From Parasitella parasitica NRRL 2501 (taxonomy: Eukaryota > Fungi > Mucoromycota), in the NCBI GenBank assembly GCA_025201805.1, contig MU619256.1:34911-98910 (forward strand): a DNA stretch of 64,000 nucleotides, read 5' to 3'. Each line of letters starts with the position of its first letter. The stretch's first letter is position 1. The position numbers and the translations under genes are program-made. Below the pieces are notes generated by a model, which saw only the letters and a program-made list of their open reading frames with translations, searched no databases and was not told where the DNA came from. Below, in pieces: positions 13,402 through 27,450 of the stretch.

Positions 13402-14142
13402 ATTTCTTTTGTTTTCTTTGATAGTTTTTAATGAAAAGGAGGTATCCGTAAATGCAGATTGTATTTATACATTTTCAAGGATGAGCGTGTCCATTATTTG
13501 ACATTAATGTTGCCAGTTACTGAACTAATTGGCTTTTAATTCTATCAGTTGATTGCCCAGCAACTCTTTGTTTTCACATGTGAGCCCAACTCATTATAGC
13601 AAATGTTGCCATTATAAGTTATATAACCATATAATAAACTCGGGTAAATAATAGGCAGTTTAAAAAACAGCAATTTGCTGTATGGATTTTCGATTTAGCG
13701 ACCATTTAACTCAAGGTAACAAAGAGCCGAATTTCAGGAACCATTGTCATGGCAATCGAACCCCATATGCAAGAGATATCATGCCTGTAAATTATGAAGC
13801 CCGATCCGAACAGTTGCCTTAAAACGCGAGTCGGAATACGTCTCCAAAATCATTTGTAATGTGGCGGCTGAGAAAAGCAGCGGAAGGTCAACATTTCACA
13901 TACAAGGAAACAATCTCCAGATGTGTAGTGCTCCTTCTCTATTAATTATTGTCTAAAAGGTGAGCTTTCATACCGCATCAATCCATCCATTCTGCAACAT
14001 AAACATCAAGTTGGTTTAATCAATTACAAATGGATGATTGCATATTATGCAAATTGGGATATTGGAAAGCAAAAAAAGATGGATGGATAATTTATTATTT
14101 TGTGTCAAATGCTTATTGCCCTATTGTCTAGAATCGCTTACT

Positions 14143-14657
<515 letters not shown>

Positions 14658-15069
14658 ACTATTCGCTTATGTTTATTACGCTATTTCATTCTATCGGTTT
14701 ATAATTTGACGCAATAAAGTTATGATAGTGTGGGTTTATTAAAGCACGTTTTGTTTTGAGTTCATTGATTCCGGTGCAGTCGATCGATCAAGCTCATTGA
14801 ATTCCATAGAATATCACGTGGATTTCTCAAGCGTACACCATTTCGTGGTGCGCTTTTGTTGTTACTCACAATGTGTCTCGCTTATTAAGTGATATCACAT
14901 GGAATGTACAACAAGTAATCATAAATGACAAAGAAACAAATGTGTCGCAGCCAAACAATATACGGCATTTGATGAACTAAGCACAGCTTACTGGCGTGTG
15001 CCAAAATGGATTGTGTTTTTATGTTTATACGCCAATATATTTTTACGATATCACTTGGATTTATCAAAT

Positions 15070-18000
15070 CTAATGAACAGTGCCAAAACTTCGAATGCTA
15101 CCAGCGGTTGGTGATTGTGGGCTTCTTTTGGCCCCTCTTTTTTGTGTCTTCATGCGATTCACAAATGCGTTACCACCAGCTGCCTGTTCTCTGCACAATG
15201 GACAAGCCATATTATGTGTGGATTTCAATAACGCCGATTGATTGACTTTGCTGGTTAAGCTTCCCGGGTTGTTATCTTGTTGAAGTTGCTCAGTTGAGCC
15301 TTGATTGTTCAAGCATTGTTGATGATAAGCATGTCGACAAAAGAAAATGATTGAATTGGGTATATCTTCGACATTAATTTCATCAAAAACAGGTTCGTCA
15401 CATATATTACAGACCATATTCTCGGCTAGAAAATAACATGATGAGTGTTGATGCATAACAGGTTGAATTTCAAACTTACGATTGCAGTTGATACCACGTT
15501 TTTGAGCCTTGTACATTTTGTCTGCTAGAAACACACTATCAGTTACCAAAATTTTTTCGCAACCTTCGTGTAATGACATTTGGAGGTTATAATCTTGCAA
15601 AATCTTCAGTAAAGCGTCTTTTAAGCCAGGGATTTGCAGTTGATCCGGGATCCGTTTGATTAATCTCAATGGCTCAATATCAGTACCAACATTTTCTAAA
15701 AGTCCACGAATAAAGTCTTAGAGGAAAAATGAAAAGAAGAGTTAGTCAATATATAGCACACGTCTACAATTTCAGCTTACTGGGCTTGTCCATTGAATAT
15801 GTTAACAGATCCTCCCAAAGATCATCATCTTTTTGCTCTTTGGCAAAATCAATGGCCTAATACCAGAAAAAAAAAACAATAAGCAAAGTTTCTTTTGTAG
15901 TTGCAGGTTGTCGTTTTACCCTTTGCACATCGTCAAGTCTTTCGATAATCAACATTAATGCTTTTTTGTTATTGCCCATACGACCAAGAATAAAGACCAT
16001 CTCAGGCACCAGATCCTTTTTCTCGCAGACCTTGAACGCCTTTTCCAGCGATATGTAATGACTTGCTCGCAGGAATTCCAGCAGTTTCGGATAATCAAAT
16101 TCTGCATACAATTCAACCTGAAGATCATGGAATTCATAACCAAGTTGGTGATCACGATCAAAAAGCGCATCCAAGTAGATATGTAGAAATTGGCGATGTC
16201 GCCAGAGCTGCTTTACTACTTTTTCGGGCTATATAAAATCGCAAGGTTAGTGCTTTGGCTTGTCTGCTTGTTTGCTTATTAACAGAAAATAAAAATAAGA
16301 AAAAAAACTTACAGGAATGGCATCAGTATTCTTCACCAACAATTGAACAGCAGGCATCTTGCTAGGCTTGCTCTTGATCTCTTCTTTCTCAAGTAAATGC
16401 TGATCGAATTCCATGAGGAGCACAGCTTTGTCTTTGACTGCATCAAACATGTTGTATTCTTGAATAAGTTCAAACGCATTGGGTCTACGCAGACGAAGGT
16501 TGTATTCAATGGCCTTATCTGGTTGATTGTTGTAGGTATACCTAAGAGAAAAATGGTATTAGCGTCCTGCTGTGCGCCCTGAATGCATATTAAACCCTTA
16601 CAGATCAGCAAGGCACTCCAACAACACCTCGTTCTGTTTGTCTTTCTTCATTACATCCTCTACAGCGACAATGACGTTGGAGAGGTTATACAATGTTCGG
16701 GGCCATTTACGAATTGTATTTCTCAATGCTGCATAGTCGCTCTTCAAGAACCAGGCCAGAGCAATTTCATATACCGTGCTGCTCAATTGGGGGTCTTTGA
16801 TGGGTATATAGGGCGTAATGGCCTTCAGTTCTCCAACTTCTGTAAATTTGAATACCCAATCTTCCCAAAGCGATTGATCGTTTTTGAGGATATCGTTACA
16901 CTCCTTGGCTGCCTCGTCAAATCTTTTCTCGGCCATAAGCCAGTTGAGATAGGTTTGGCCAATTTCATCTGCATTGAATTTTTTGCTGGCAGTAGTTGCT
17001 CGTACAGCTTGCAATGCTTCACCAAATCTTTCATGCTCCAACAACCATTCAATATGATCATCTTGGTCTCGAGACCGCGCCGCAATCAAATCTTTAGGCC
17101 CCATGACATAAAACATATCTTCTTCCATCAAGAAATCAAGCACATAATCATTAGCCTGATAATGCTCAAAGCCATGGAGTGCAAGAACATCTGCAGATAT
17201 CTCTTCGTTATCTCCATTGATGATATGAAGTTCAGGTTTGGAGGCGAGCCTTCTACGCTGAAATGTTGTGTTGTCAGCATCTTTTTCCTTGTCCTCTTCT
17301 TCTAAAAGATAGGATAAAAGCATCAATGTGTCATTGAATGGCGCGATGCCACTGATAATGTAATCTGTTTGGAACATGGCTGTAATTTCTACGTAATGCG
17401 TCGGTTGTCCTTGTGTAGGGTTAACATTGGGCTTAACAACAGCCACCTTGACCGTGTCGGCCCAACCTATAAGCAATGTCGTATCGTTTTTCCAGCACAT
17501 CCTACATTTGTAGAGGTCTGCTCTTGGGCTTCCTTCAGGCCGATCAATATAAGTAATACGAATATTTGTAGCTGTATCATAAATCTTAACACCTGTATCA
17601 TTTGCCCAGGCAATGAAATTGTTTTTCCAGCGAATTGCGTATATGGGTCCTTCATTTGCATGAAGGACGATGTCTTTGTGCCCTAGCCAGCCTTTTTCGT
17701 TCATGATGAGTTGTTCTGCCATACCACCAGATACAAATTGTCGGGTTGACTTCCGAGCATAATCTGGATCCAAGGCAACTGCTTTAACAGGTCTCTTGTA
17801 ATCAAATGACTGGATCTCGGGTGTGTAAAGCGCATAAATGAGAACCTTGCCTGCAAAGAGCCAAAGGAAGTCAGAATGTGAGCGCCGTTGGGGCATGAAA
17901 AACTACAAACCATCATCAGAAGCACTGGCTACAAATTCGTCCATTTTATCGATAGAGATATCATTTACAGTGGCAGAGTGCTTTCTAAAACTCTTGATTA

Positions 18001-18350
18001 CATTTCCTTCAAAATCAAGGATATGAACAGCGCCCCAGTGAGTGCCTAAAGCCTGTCCATTTAAATTGAGTACATGGTATACGGTAATTGTATTATCAAA
18101 AATTTACCACAAATCTATCAGATACACGAAGTGTAGACGCTGTATCCTTATCCAACAGCTCTTTAATACTAGCACCTACTCTGCGATATCTTAATTTAGG
18201 TTCGTCTAGGTTATCGTCATCATCGTCTGTTGTTTCTTCTTCTTCATCATCATCATCATATCCGTCTTGGTCGTATTCCTCTTGGTCTGAATTATATTCT
18301 TTATCATCGTCTGATATTAAATGCTCTTCTTTTTTGGAACTAACAGACAT
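15070..18350 (-). CDS. VPS41: Vacuolar protein sorting 41 (HOPS subunit; WD40, clathrin repeat, C-terminal RING-H2); multi-exon
   Basis: EPKLRYRRVG, RPVKAVALDPDY, EGPIYAIRW, LLIGWADTVKVA, DLQVELYAEFDYPKLLEFLR, LVPEMVFILGRMGNNKKALMLII, LLKILQDYNLQMSLHEGC, FCRHAYHQQCL. Confidence 0.95.
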
Positions 18351-18558
18351 TGTTAATCTCGTTTAGAAATGAAAGAACCACGAAAATCAAGGAGTCTACT
18401 ATGAAACTTTACTTCTGCATTGCTCTGAAATGCTCACAATCTCTCTGTTCCTCTCTGTACGTCACAACGGACTGCCACCCATCGATGATTTGCAAAAAAT
18501 TATTTTCCCAAATGAATGATTTACCATCTCTTTTGTTGCCTTAAAGAATTATTACAAA

Positions 18559-19245
18559 ATGGCTGGACGTCTCCCTTCTGCTGACGAGCTCGAGCAACTC
18601 GAAGATATTGGTAAATAGTACATTTGACTTTTTTTTTTCAACCGAGAGATCTTTTATTGACATTTTGCATGTCATGATAGAAAAGCAATGGGCTGTCAAG
18701 GTAAAGTTTTTTTTTGTATAACGTGTACATTTCAAACCGACCCAAGATATTAAATAAAACGTACGTTTAGGCTATGCATCATGCCGAGACCTATTTCAAA
18801 TTGATTTCTTCTATCGATCCTGCAAAGCTTCGTTTAACAAAGTAAGGAAGCAGCATCGTTATTTTTTTTACTAAATTAAAACGATAATGTCATTTTTAGA
18901 ATTGATGATGAGATCCTTGAAGATTTTGAAGAGACTTTTCCTTATATCAATGTTGAGCACTTGGACGAAAACGATTTTAAATCCGCTGCCGCCAAGGAGA
19001 AATGGAGAAATTTTATGAACAAGTACGAAAAAAGAGTCAACGAATACAATTTTGGGTCCTTGATTCGTATTGATTGTAAAGAAGATTACACTGAGAAGAA
19101 CACTATGTTTGGTATCCGCATGCAGGTAACGGTGCTATGTTTATCCATTTGGGAATTACTAAATACAATTCAAAATTATTAGTTTTATGCCGTTGAAATT
19201 GCTAGAAACAAGAAAGGATTAAATGATTCATTGCGTAAAAAATAG
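18559..19245 (+). CDS. PBDC1: PBDC1/YPL225W family protein; 5 exons including a ~20-nt micro-exon (18681-18700)
   Basis: Spliced: MAGRLPSADELEQLEDIEKQWAVKAMHHAETYFKLI...LRLTKIDDEI...KEKWRNFMNKYEKRVNEYNFGSLIRIDCKEDYTEKNTMFGIRMQFYAVEIARNKKGLND. Confidence 0.9.
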
Positions 19246-19603
19246 ATCAAGAAAAACTATAATAAACAAACCTTGGCATAAATTAGGCAGGGACTAGGGG
19301 CTGATAGATAATATAATGTGATAAGTTGTAGGTCCTCTCCTTAAGTTCTACATCTTGCATGCCTCGGGGGCAGCCTCAAAAAAAGATATTCTTACAGGAG
19401 AGTCCCAAACAAAAACAAAAAAGCAGAAAAAAAGTGGCAAATCAATCTTGACAACATGCAAAAGATTAAGGAGATAGTTCCGGAGAAGTTTCCCTACATA
19501 TTCATTAAATTTTTAATATAAAAAGACAAAGGACTTATCCATCATTTACAACCTTTACCTTTCTTTTCTATAATCCTTCAGAAAAAAAACAAAACAAAAA
19601 ATA

Positions 19604-21328
19604 ATGCTTGGTAGATCTGCTTTCAAACTCTTGAACCGCCGCAATGTCATTGCTTTAGGTGCCATGGCAACTACTGGCGGCGCCTTATTCTTAAATTCTG
19701 ATAAGAAAGTACATGCTGAATCAAACAAACTCAAATTCTGGCAGAGTTTGCCTGGTGAAAATACGCCTGAAAACCCAGGTTTCGCTAAATTAAGAGGAAT
19801 GGCCGCTGAGGAAAGATTCAGAACTTCCCTGGCTCAAAACAATGGCAAGACTGATTTTGATGTTGTTATTGGTAAGTGCAAACATTATCGGATAGGAATG
19901 CACACACTAAATGGCTTATAGTGGGTGGTGGTATCATTGGTTTGGCTACTGCCAGAGAGTTGTTGAAGCGTTTCCCAGACATGACAGTCGCTGTATTGGA
20001 AAAGGAACGTGAGGTGGCTGCTCATCAAACAGGCCATAATAGTGGTGTCATCCATGCTGGTATCTATTACAAGCCAGGTTCTCGTATGGCCAAGACATGT
20101 GTGAGAGGTGCAGACTTGATGTATGAATACTGCAAACAAAACCAACTCCCTGTCGAACGTTGTGGTAAATTGATTGTCGCTGTGGATGCCAAGGAACATA
20201 AGCAAGTGGAAAGATTGATGGAGATCGCCACACTAAATGGTGTGAAAGATCTTCAAATTCTCAATAGCGAGGAGGTAAGGTCATCTACCTAGCAACCCCT
20301 TTTCTTTTAATTAACGACGATCATTCAGATTCAAAACTTAGAGCCAAATGTGGTTGCTTATTCTGCCCTGTACTCCCCTAACACCGGTATCACCGATTTT
20401 GGTCTTGTTGCTCAATGTATTGCGAGCGAGATTGTGCAGACAGGGTAAATATCAGTCTTCATATCAAAACATAGCACATATTTATTTATTTGTTTTTCCT
20501 AGTCGTGCTGAAATTAAACTTGCCTTTGAGGCCAAGAAGTTTGAGTCTAGACAAGATGGAAGAGTTGAGATCTGGGGTGGTGAGCCCAATCAAAGAGGCC
20601 CTACTCTTAAGGTTACTGCCAAAAATGTAATCACCTGTGCTGGTTTCTATTCTGATAGAGTAGCTGGTCTTGCAGGCGGTGATGCTGGTCGTGCAAAGGT
20701 CGTTACCTTCCGAGGAACCTACTATCAACTGAAACCCGAATATCGTGGTATTTGTCGTATGAATGTCTACCCTGTCCCCAGTGGTGGCGGAATTCCTGTT
20801 GGCGTTCACTTTACCCCCACTGTCAACACCAGAAGAGGTATTCAAATGATTGTGGGCCCCGGTGCTTGTTTGACTTTCTCTCGTGAAGGTTACACATTCA
20901 CTGACTTCAAGATGGAAGACATCTTTGGTTCTTTAACCAACATGAACCTCTGGATGTTTGCACTCAAAAATCCTAGTCTCTCTCTTGGTGAGCTCTACAA
21001 AGATATGAATAAGCGTGCTTTCTTGCGTGCTGCTCAAGCTTATGTTCCTGGATTAACTGAAGATATGGTCGAGGAGAGCTTTGCTGGTGTCATGTCTCAA
21101 GTGTTTGAAGAGGGTGGTATTGCTGCTAATGATTATATTCTTGAGCGTAAAGTCATGGATGGTAAAATCCTTTGTGTCCGTAATGCACCTACTCCTGCAT
21201 GTACTGCTTCTTTGGCTATTGCCGAAATGTTGATTGATACAGCAACTGAAGATTTCGAATGGGAACAATCAGAAAAACCCATTGAAGGATCTACAAAGAC
21301 TCAACAACTTACTGCCATTGCTGCTTAG
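19604..21328 (+). CDS. L2HGDH: Mitochondrial L-2-hydroxyglutarate dehydrogenase (FAD-dependent); multi-exon
   Basis: Mitochondrial-type presequence; DVVIVGGGIIGLATAREL, LEKEREVAAHQTGHNSGVIHAGIYYKPGS, VYPVP, GVHFTPT, VRNAPTPACTASLAIAEM. Confidence 0.92.
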
Positions 21329-21786
21329 ATTTCTCTCGCCTTTTAACAATATACTTTGCATTCATTTATTCTTATTCCACAATCATATTATTATTATTTT
21401 CTTTTTTTATGGCTTGAATTACTACCTGTCCTCTTGTGTATATCTCATAAAGTATTACTACATCTATTTTTTGTTATTTTAATTAATAAAAGAGGAAAAT
21501 CAGTATATGCATGAAGGCTGATCTAAAGTATGCACAAGAGAGTACATTGCATTGCATTCCGCTACACAAAATAAGAGATAAAATAGACAATCCAGGATAC
21601 GTAGTACATTCAACGGCGTACATTTATATATATCTTGGAATCAAAATACACTATTTTCGCCTAATATTGTCTGAAAAAAATATGCCGCCTGTTTAGTCGT
21701 CGCATTGATAGAATAAAGCTTGGTGCATTTCAAGTACGAGAGGTCTTGCTAGACTTTTTTTTTCTAAAAAAATTGAATGGCCTCAT

Positions 21787-22680
21787 GCAAGGAAATTTTT
21801 ATTATGATGAAGGCATGGCAGTTGCAATAGTGGAGCTGGAGGTAGACAAGGATATGTATTTCATTGAGATAGTGACGAATTTCGGCATGTACCTTGACCT
21901 CGATCCGCCTGAGAAGCTAAACAAAAGAAGTGCACGACAATCCGTGGATAGAGATATCGAGATGGAGGAGGACATAAGAACTTCTGATATCCGCAAACAC
22001 TGCAAGGATTCGGGAAAAGAGCGGCTGTTTGCCTTGATTTACAAAATGAGCATGAGCGCCAGAGCTGCTGGGCAGAAACTCCAAATCAACCCACGCACTT
22101 GCTCAGCGATGGTATGCAGACAATCAGGCAAATCCTCAGACACATATTGCCAGAAAAAAAGGTAGTGGAAGGCCAATGGGGTAGACCAGCATTACTTGAT
22201 TATGAACACAAGAAGTTTCTACTCAACCAACTTTCACTAGTCCTGGACCAAATGATAGAGAATTTGACAACGTCCTTTATCGATTTAGAAACATCCAAGA
22301 CGGCTCTCTACAATTTTGTCGCTAATAATTGCAGAATTAGTCTAAAGAGAGCTCAATTTTATTTAGTTGACCGTAACAGCCCTGGAAGGATCAAAAATAG
22401 AAAGGAGAAGGTAGAAAAATGGACTAGAAGCAAACGTTTGTTTGGTCAAAAGTACGGACTCGTGCGACAGTGAAAGTACCAAAAACGAGAACAAAACAAC
22501 AACCATCTTGGGAGCAACGTATGCTCATGGCGTTGCTAACATAAAAGTAAGACGGCCTCGAAGGTTGCCTGCTTCAAAAAAAAGAGAAAAACTGTTGGAT
22601 TTAATGGATCTTCCCAGAAACAAAACAAAGGCACTGTTAACATTTTTAGATGCTCAACACAACTATTATGGATGAGTATT
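21787..22680 (+). mobile_element. Degenerate IS630/Tc1-mariner transposase relic (frameshifted, internally deleted)
   Basis: HTH-like KERLFALIYKMSMSARAAGQKLQINPRT, then GRPALLDYEHKKFL...SKTALYNFVANNCRISLKRAQF...RNSP...RKEKVEKW and TTILGA, split over three frames; catalytic DDE residues not found. Confidence 0.75.
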
Positions 22681-23229
22681 GGCCGACAACCCAAAGATAA
22701 ATCAATGAAATATCGACGCTCAAAAAAAAAAAAAGCAGAATATATTTCTCGTTTCTTGCTGATAAAACGAAAATGATATTTGTATGTGGTTTTCACTGAT
22801 AAATTATGTTTTCATCTATGGAAGTAGTCCACTGTCAAGCATCCAGCAGGCAAGTAAAAAGAAATTCTGAACCATAATATAGGAGGGACCCTCTGGCCAA
22901 AGCAACACAATTAAATGGAAAAACACAAAAAGTTTATCTTCATCAATTGAGCTTTTGACCCTGAAGAGCGAGCAAGTAGCCTCTTTCAAAGAAATTTCTA
23001 ATGACGATGAACGTGACATTACAAAGTGTATTATTTTGTTCATCTTCTTGAAGACTGATTTTGTATATAGGTTTATATCAATAAAAAAGATAATAAATCT
23101 CTTATTTACAATTGAATTATATTACTGAAGACCTTTACTTTTCAATTTATTAACACATAAATAGGTATTTTTAACGCCCCTTTTCGAGATGAACATTGCT
23201 TAATATACCGTATGCTAATAATTTATCAG

Positions 23230-23710
23230 AGTTAAAGACCACCTAATCAACGAATCCAAACTGTATGAGGATGATGATCTTAGTGAAAAGGATTTAGATG
23301 TCTTGCTCTATGGGAGTTTATTCAGTTTATTTTTCTCAAACCGAAATGATCTTAGGGTTGTTAGGTAATAAGCTTAAATTTACTTTTCGTGAAGAATTAC
23401 TATGACACGAAATTTCAAAATTTCAAATTTAATTATTGTGTTTGCTTTATATATGTATCAAAATTTATGATACTTTGCACATCGAGCTCGGTATGGTCCC
23501 TACTGCTATAAAAAATCAAAGACGATCATGCCAAGATTCTTCTTGAATCAGAACCAATCATCAAATATATTACCATTCTTTTCTCATTTATTCTACCAAG
23601 CTATCTCAAGGCTCATTGTATACAGCTCTGTGGGCTCAGTGGTAATATCATCAGATTGACAATGAACAATAAAGAATCCTTGATTTTAATAATCAACAGA
23701 TCAATGTGAT
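23230..23710 (+). pseudogene. Fragments of a Mucorales multicopy hypothetical gene family (possibly PD-(D/E)xK-like)
   Basis: Short frames DDDLSEKDLDVLLYGSLFSLFFSNRNDLRVV and KIKDDHAKILLESEPII...CIQLCGLSGNIIRLTM resemble recurrent Mucorales repeat-associated proteins as I recall them; no intact ORF. Confidence 0.35.
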
Positions 23711-24538
23711 AGTACTTTATGATGAACGAATAGAAAATACACAGCAGATAGACTTGAGCGACGGTTAAGAGTCCCTCTGAATAGTAGATATTCTGCTCGT
23801 TTCTTTCAACAACTTTTACATTATAATATGAAGTAATTAAAGCTGTAAACAAGATTAAAGATGACATTCGAGAAAATGATGATCGACGCAGATCTTTGGA
23901 AAGAATCTTTGGTTGCAACAAAAAAAATTAGAAGTATTATACAAAGATTGGGTACTATAGACAAGAATATCGAGTTTCTCACTTTTATGCAATTACTTGA
24001 ATTAGCTTCTCTCGCATTTTGATATTTTCATATTACGAGCCCACATTCACTTTTCTTTATAATACACTTTTTTCACGAGACTTACCACAACGAGCGATCC
24101 AAAGGTGTTACATTGCTAAAAATGCCTTTTGTCTTCCCCCCAGTAGATCATGCATCTCTCCTAATAAAGAATCTGGTTTGTTACACAGATGATAATATAA
24201 TGTTGAATGTGCCAGATAAGAATACACAATGATGACTGTGCGAACCGTAAGTTGGTTCTGCAGATGTAAACAATAACAACAGTTGTATAATTTAAGAATT
24301 GAAATACGCCACTAGACTTTAATTTTTTTTTTCATCTCTCTTTCTTTCACTTTACTTTGCTTTACATATATTTGTATGGTCTTGACCACACAATACTCAT
24401 TTTTATTATTTTGAATCACTGGAACATAATATGTATACACAATGAAGTAAGAAATATGCATATAGTAGCTCTGCGAGTTCGAAATCTAACGATATTCAAT
24501 TTGGCAGCTCAAGTAAAAACATCGATTACAGCAGCCAA

Positions 24539-25282
24539 ATGCCAGGACAACCTTATGGGAATATGATTCTGGTACATCAAACAGCTACAACGACGGGATC
24601 GCCATCTTCGTTAAATGAACAGTTTGTATATCAAAATCAAATACAGCAAAACAATCAGGGAGCAGAAGCAGCAAAAAAATCAAAACCTCCATCATCGCTG
24701 ACTTCAACGATTTGTGCGTATTTCGATAAATTATTGCATAAAAGGAACAATCACCCCAACGATCAATTTGACAACGATTGGGGGAGCGATACATCTAATA
24801 ATCCACGGCAATCCGCATGGTGGAGCAATTTCAAATCATCAGTAAAGAAAAGAAGAGAGCAGAGAAGAAGAAAACAAAAGTTTGTGTGGTGTTTTCGGCC
24901 TGTTGGCATTGCTGCTGATGCTGCACTTAAAAGAAACAAGGATCCAACACTTTGGACTAAATTTGACAAAAACAATCAGTTGATATTAAAAGAGCAATTT
25001 AAAAAGCTTAGAACTATAACAGGAACTACTGATTGCTGTGAAATTGAAGACAAGAATATCGATGAAGGCAGAGTCGTAGTAACTGTTATGCTAGACGAAA
25101 GCATTGCATTTGCTATGTATCCAGAATGGCCTGAACCAATGCAATACGAAATCCAAATGCTACCAAAAATGACATTTTACCAAAGAATACGAGCAAGACA
25201 TGAGTACAAGCGATGGCTGAAGAAGCAACAGCAACGGCAACAGCAGCAGCAACATCTGTATGATCCAGATAGGCTGATTTAG
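24539..25282 (+). CDS. Hypothetical protein, intronless, possible WWE-like domain
   Basis: 247-aa ORF with AATAAA after the stop; FVWCF...LWTKFDKNNQLILKEQF has WWE-like W...W-x-x-F/Y spacing; Q-rich ends. Confidence 0.6.
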   Translation: MPGQPYGNMILVHQTATTTGSPSSLNEQFVYQNQIQQNNQGAEAAKKSKPPSSLTSTICAYFDKLLHKRNNHPNDQFDNDWGSDTSNNPRQSAWWSNFKSSVKKRREQRRRKQKFVWCFRPVGIAADAALKRNKDPTLWTKFDKNNQLILKEQFKKLRTITGTTDCCEIEDKNIDEGRVVVTVMLDESIAFAMYPEWPEPMQYEIQMLPKMTFYQRIRARHEYKRWLKKQQQRQQQQQHLYDPDRLI

Positions 25283-25787
25283 ACTTATAATATTACAATA
25301 AATAAATTATTTTGACGGCTTTAAGAAAAAAGTGGTATGATTAGAACACTTTTGTGGAGCCTAAAATATGGCTATTATTTTTCGGATGAGGTTACAGACT
25401 TCAACGTAAGTTATTTTGATGGATATAGGTTGACACACCATCCAAACAAAACAATGATATTTAAAGCAGAGGTATTATTGGTGTATCTTGAGAGAAGGTT
25501 ATATGTTTATTAATTCACCTATTTCCTTCTTGAGAGTTTATGAACAGAAAATTTTGCGTTTTGGATAAAATACAGCTGCAATCCGCTATTTTGGTCGATA
25601 AAGAACAATAATGAGGCAGTTCCCTGATAACGTAGAACAAAAATTAGTGCTACTCATGCGAGACACTTTTTTTTGGTTTAAAAAGCGCCATCGTCTATAT
25701 AAATGTCATGGAGACTAACATCTATTGTTTCTCGCTCTCCCACTCTCATATTTATCTTGTATTTATTTCAATTGCATTATTAGCAAA

Positions 25788-27450
25788 ATGAACAAGTAAA
25801 CATTTTAAAGATTGCTATACGAATCATGCGATAATAACATAGCCCAATTGTAATAGTAATTTGACTAGAATTGCTTCTGAACAATTAAAGAAGGAGAAGC
25901 TTGGTCTGTCACCCTTGGCTCTGGCTGTTACCATTATCTTGGGTTTACTCGTATGGGAGCAGATTGATTACTTGAGAAAGAAGAAGCATTTACCTGGACC
26001 TGCGTTTAAATTTCCTCTTATCGGCTCTATGATGGATTCCATGGCTCCCACATTTGATAAATACAATGCCAAATGGAAGAGTGGAGATTTATCCTGTGTC
26101 AGCGTATTCAACAGGTAACACGGATTTTTTATTTATCGAACCATAAATTCTTCATTTGAATAATTAATCCTCAATGACATTAAAAATAGGTTCATTGTGA
26201 TTGCCTCCAACTGCGAGTTCAGTCGCAAGATTCTCAACTCTCCAGCCTATGTACAGCCTGCTGTTGTGGATTCCATGAGATACATCCTTGCCAATGATAA
26301 CTGGGTCTTTATGGACGGCAAGAAGCACAATCAATACCGAAGAGGTCTCAATGTTCTTTTCAAAAGAAAAGCTCTTGGCAGTTATCTCCCCATTATGGAT
26401 AAATGCTATCAAAGATTCTTTGATGAATGGCTTTCGCATGACGGAGAGATGCGAAGATACCAATGGGATTTCAGAGAGTTGAATATGCAATCTTCACTTC
26501 GCGTCTTTATGGGTTGGTTTATGCCTGAAGAAGCTGCAAAAAAGTGCTCTGACGAATATTTCAACATTACTGCTGCTCTTGAGCTCGTAAATTTCCCCAT
26601 TCCCCTTCCTGGCACCAAGGTTTACAAGGCAATCAAATCTCGCGAATACATTTACGATAGGTTCATTGAATCTATTGTCGATGCGCGTGCTCGTATCGGC
26701 AATGGCGGCGAGCCCACATGTCTTTTGGACAACTGGCTGATTGCCATGAAGCAAAACGAGCAAGAATGTGCTCTGAAAGGCAAACCTACTCCTCATGAAT
26801 TCACTGATCGGGAGATTGCTCTCACAATTTTAACGTTTTTGTTTGCTTCTCAAGATGCTACTTCATCTGGTCTCACCTGGACTTTTCAGCTTTTGGCTGA
26901 CCATCCTGATGTAATGAAGAAAGTCTACGATGAACAAGACCAACTTCGTGCTGATATTCCAGACCAGCCTATTTCGCTTGAGTTGATGGAGAAATCTGTC
27001 TACTTGCGCCAAGTCATTAAGGAGTCTCTTCGCCTTAAGCCTCCAGTCCTGATGGTTCCATACCAAACACATAAAGACTTTCCTATTTCTGCAGAGTATA
27101 CAGTCCCTGCAAATTCTATGGTTATACCTACCACCTATCCTGCTCTTCATGATCCTGTTGCATATCCCAGTCCTGAATCTTTTGACCCTGATCGTTGGGG
27201 ACCTGAGGGTTGTGCTGAAAATTTCCCCAAGAACTTTATGGTATTCGGTAATGGGCCACACCACTGTCTTGGCAAAGAATATGCCATCCTTCATCTAATG
27301 TCTACGGTTGCTCAAGCTACTCAAAGACTTGAGTTTAAACATTATCACACCGATGAATCTGACACTATTTCTCTCTTTGCCACCACTTATCCACTCGATC
27401 AGTGTCATATGAGTTTCCATCCCCGTACCCACAAACCTTTTACTATTTAA
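25788..27450 (+). CDS. ERG5: C-22 sterol desaturase, cytochrome P450 CYP61; 3 exons, first coding exon only 8 nt
   Basis: WEQIDYLRKKKHLPGP, SCVSVFNR, NWVFMDGKKH, TFLFASQDATSS, KESLRLKPPVLMVPY, FGNGPHHCLG; ATGAACAA|gt (25788-25795) spliced to ag|T at 25857 restores the frame. Confidence 0.95.

Noticed and set aside
13745-13830. GGTTCGATT (B-box/T-loop-like) on the minus strand
   Set aside because: No T-stem, acceptor stem or cloverleaf can be built; not a tRNA.
16583-17305. 240-aa plus-strand ORF
   Set aside because: Antisense shadow of the large VPS41 exon with no recognisable motifs.
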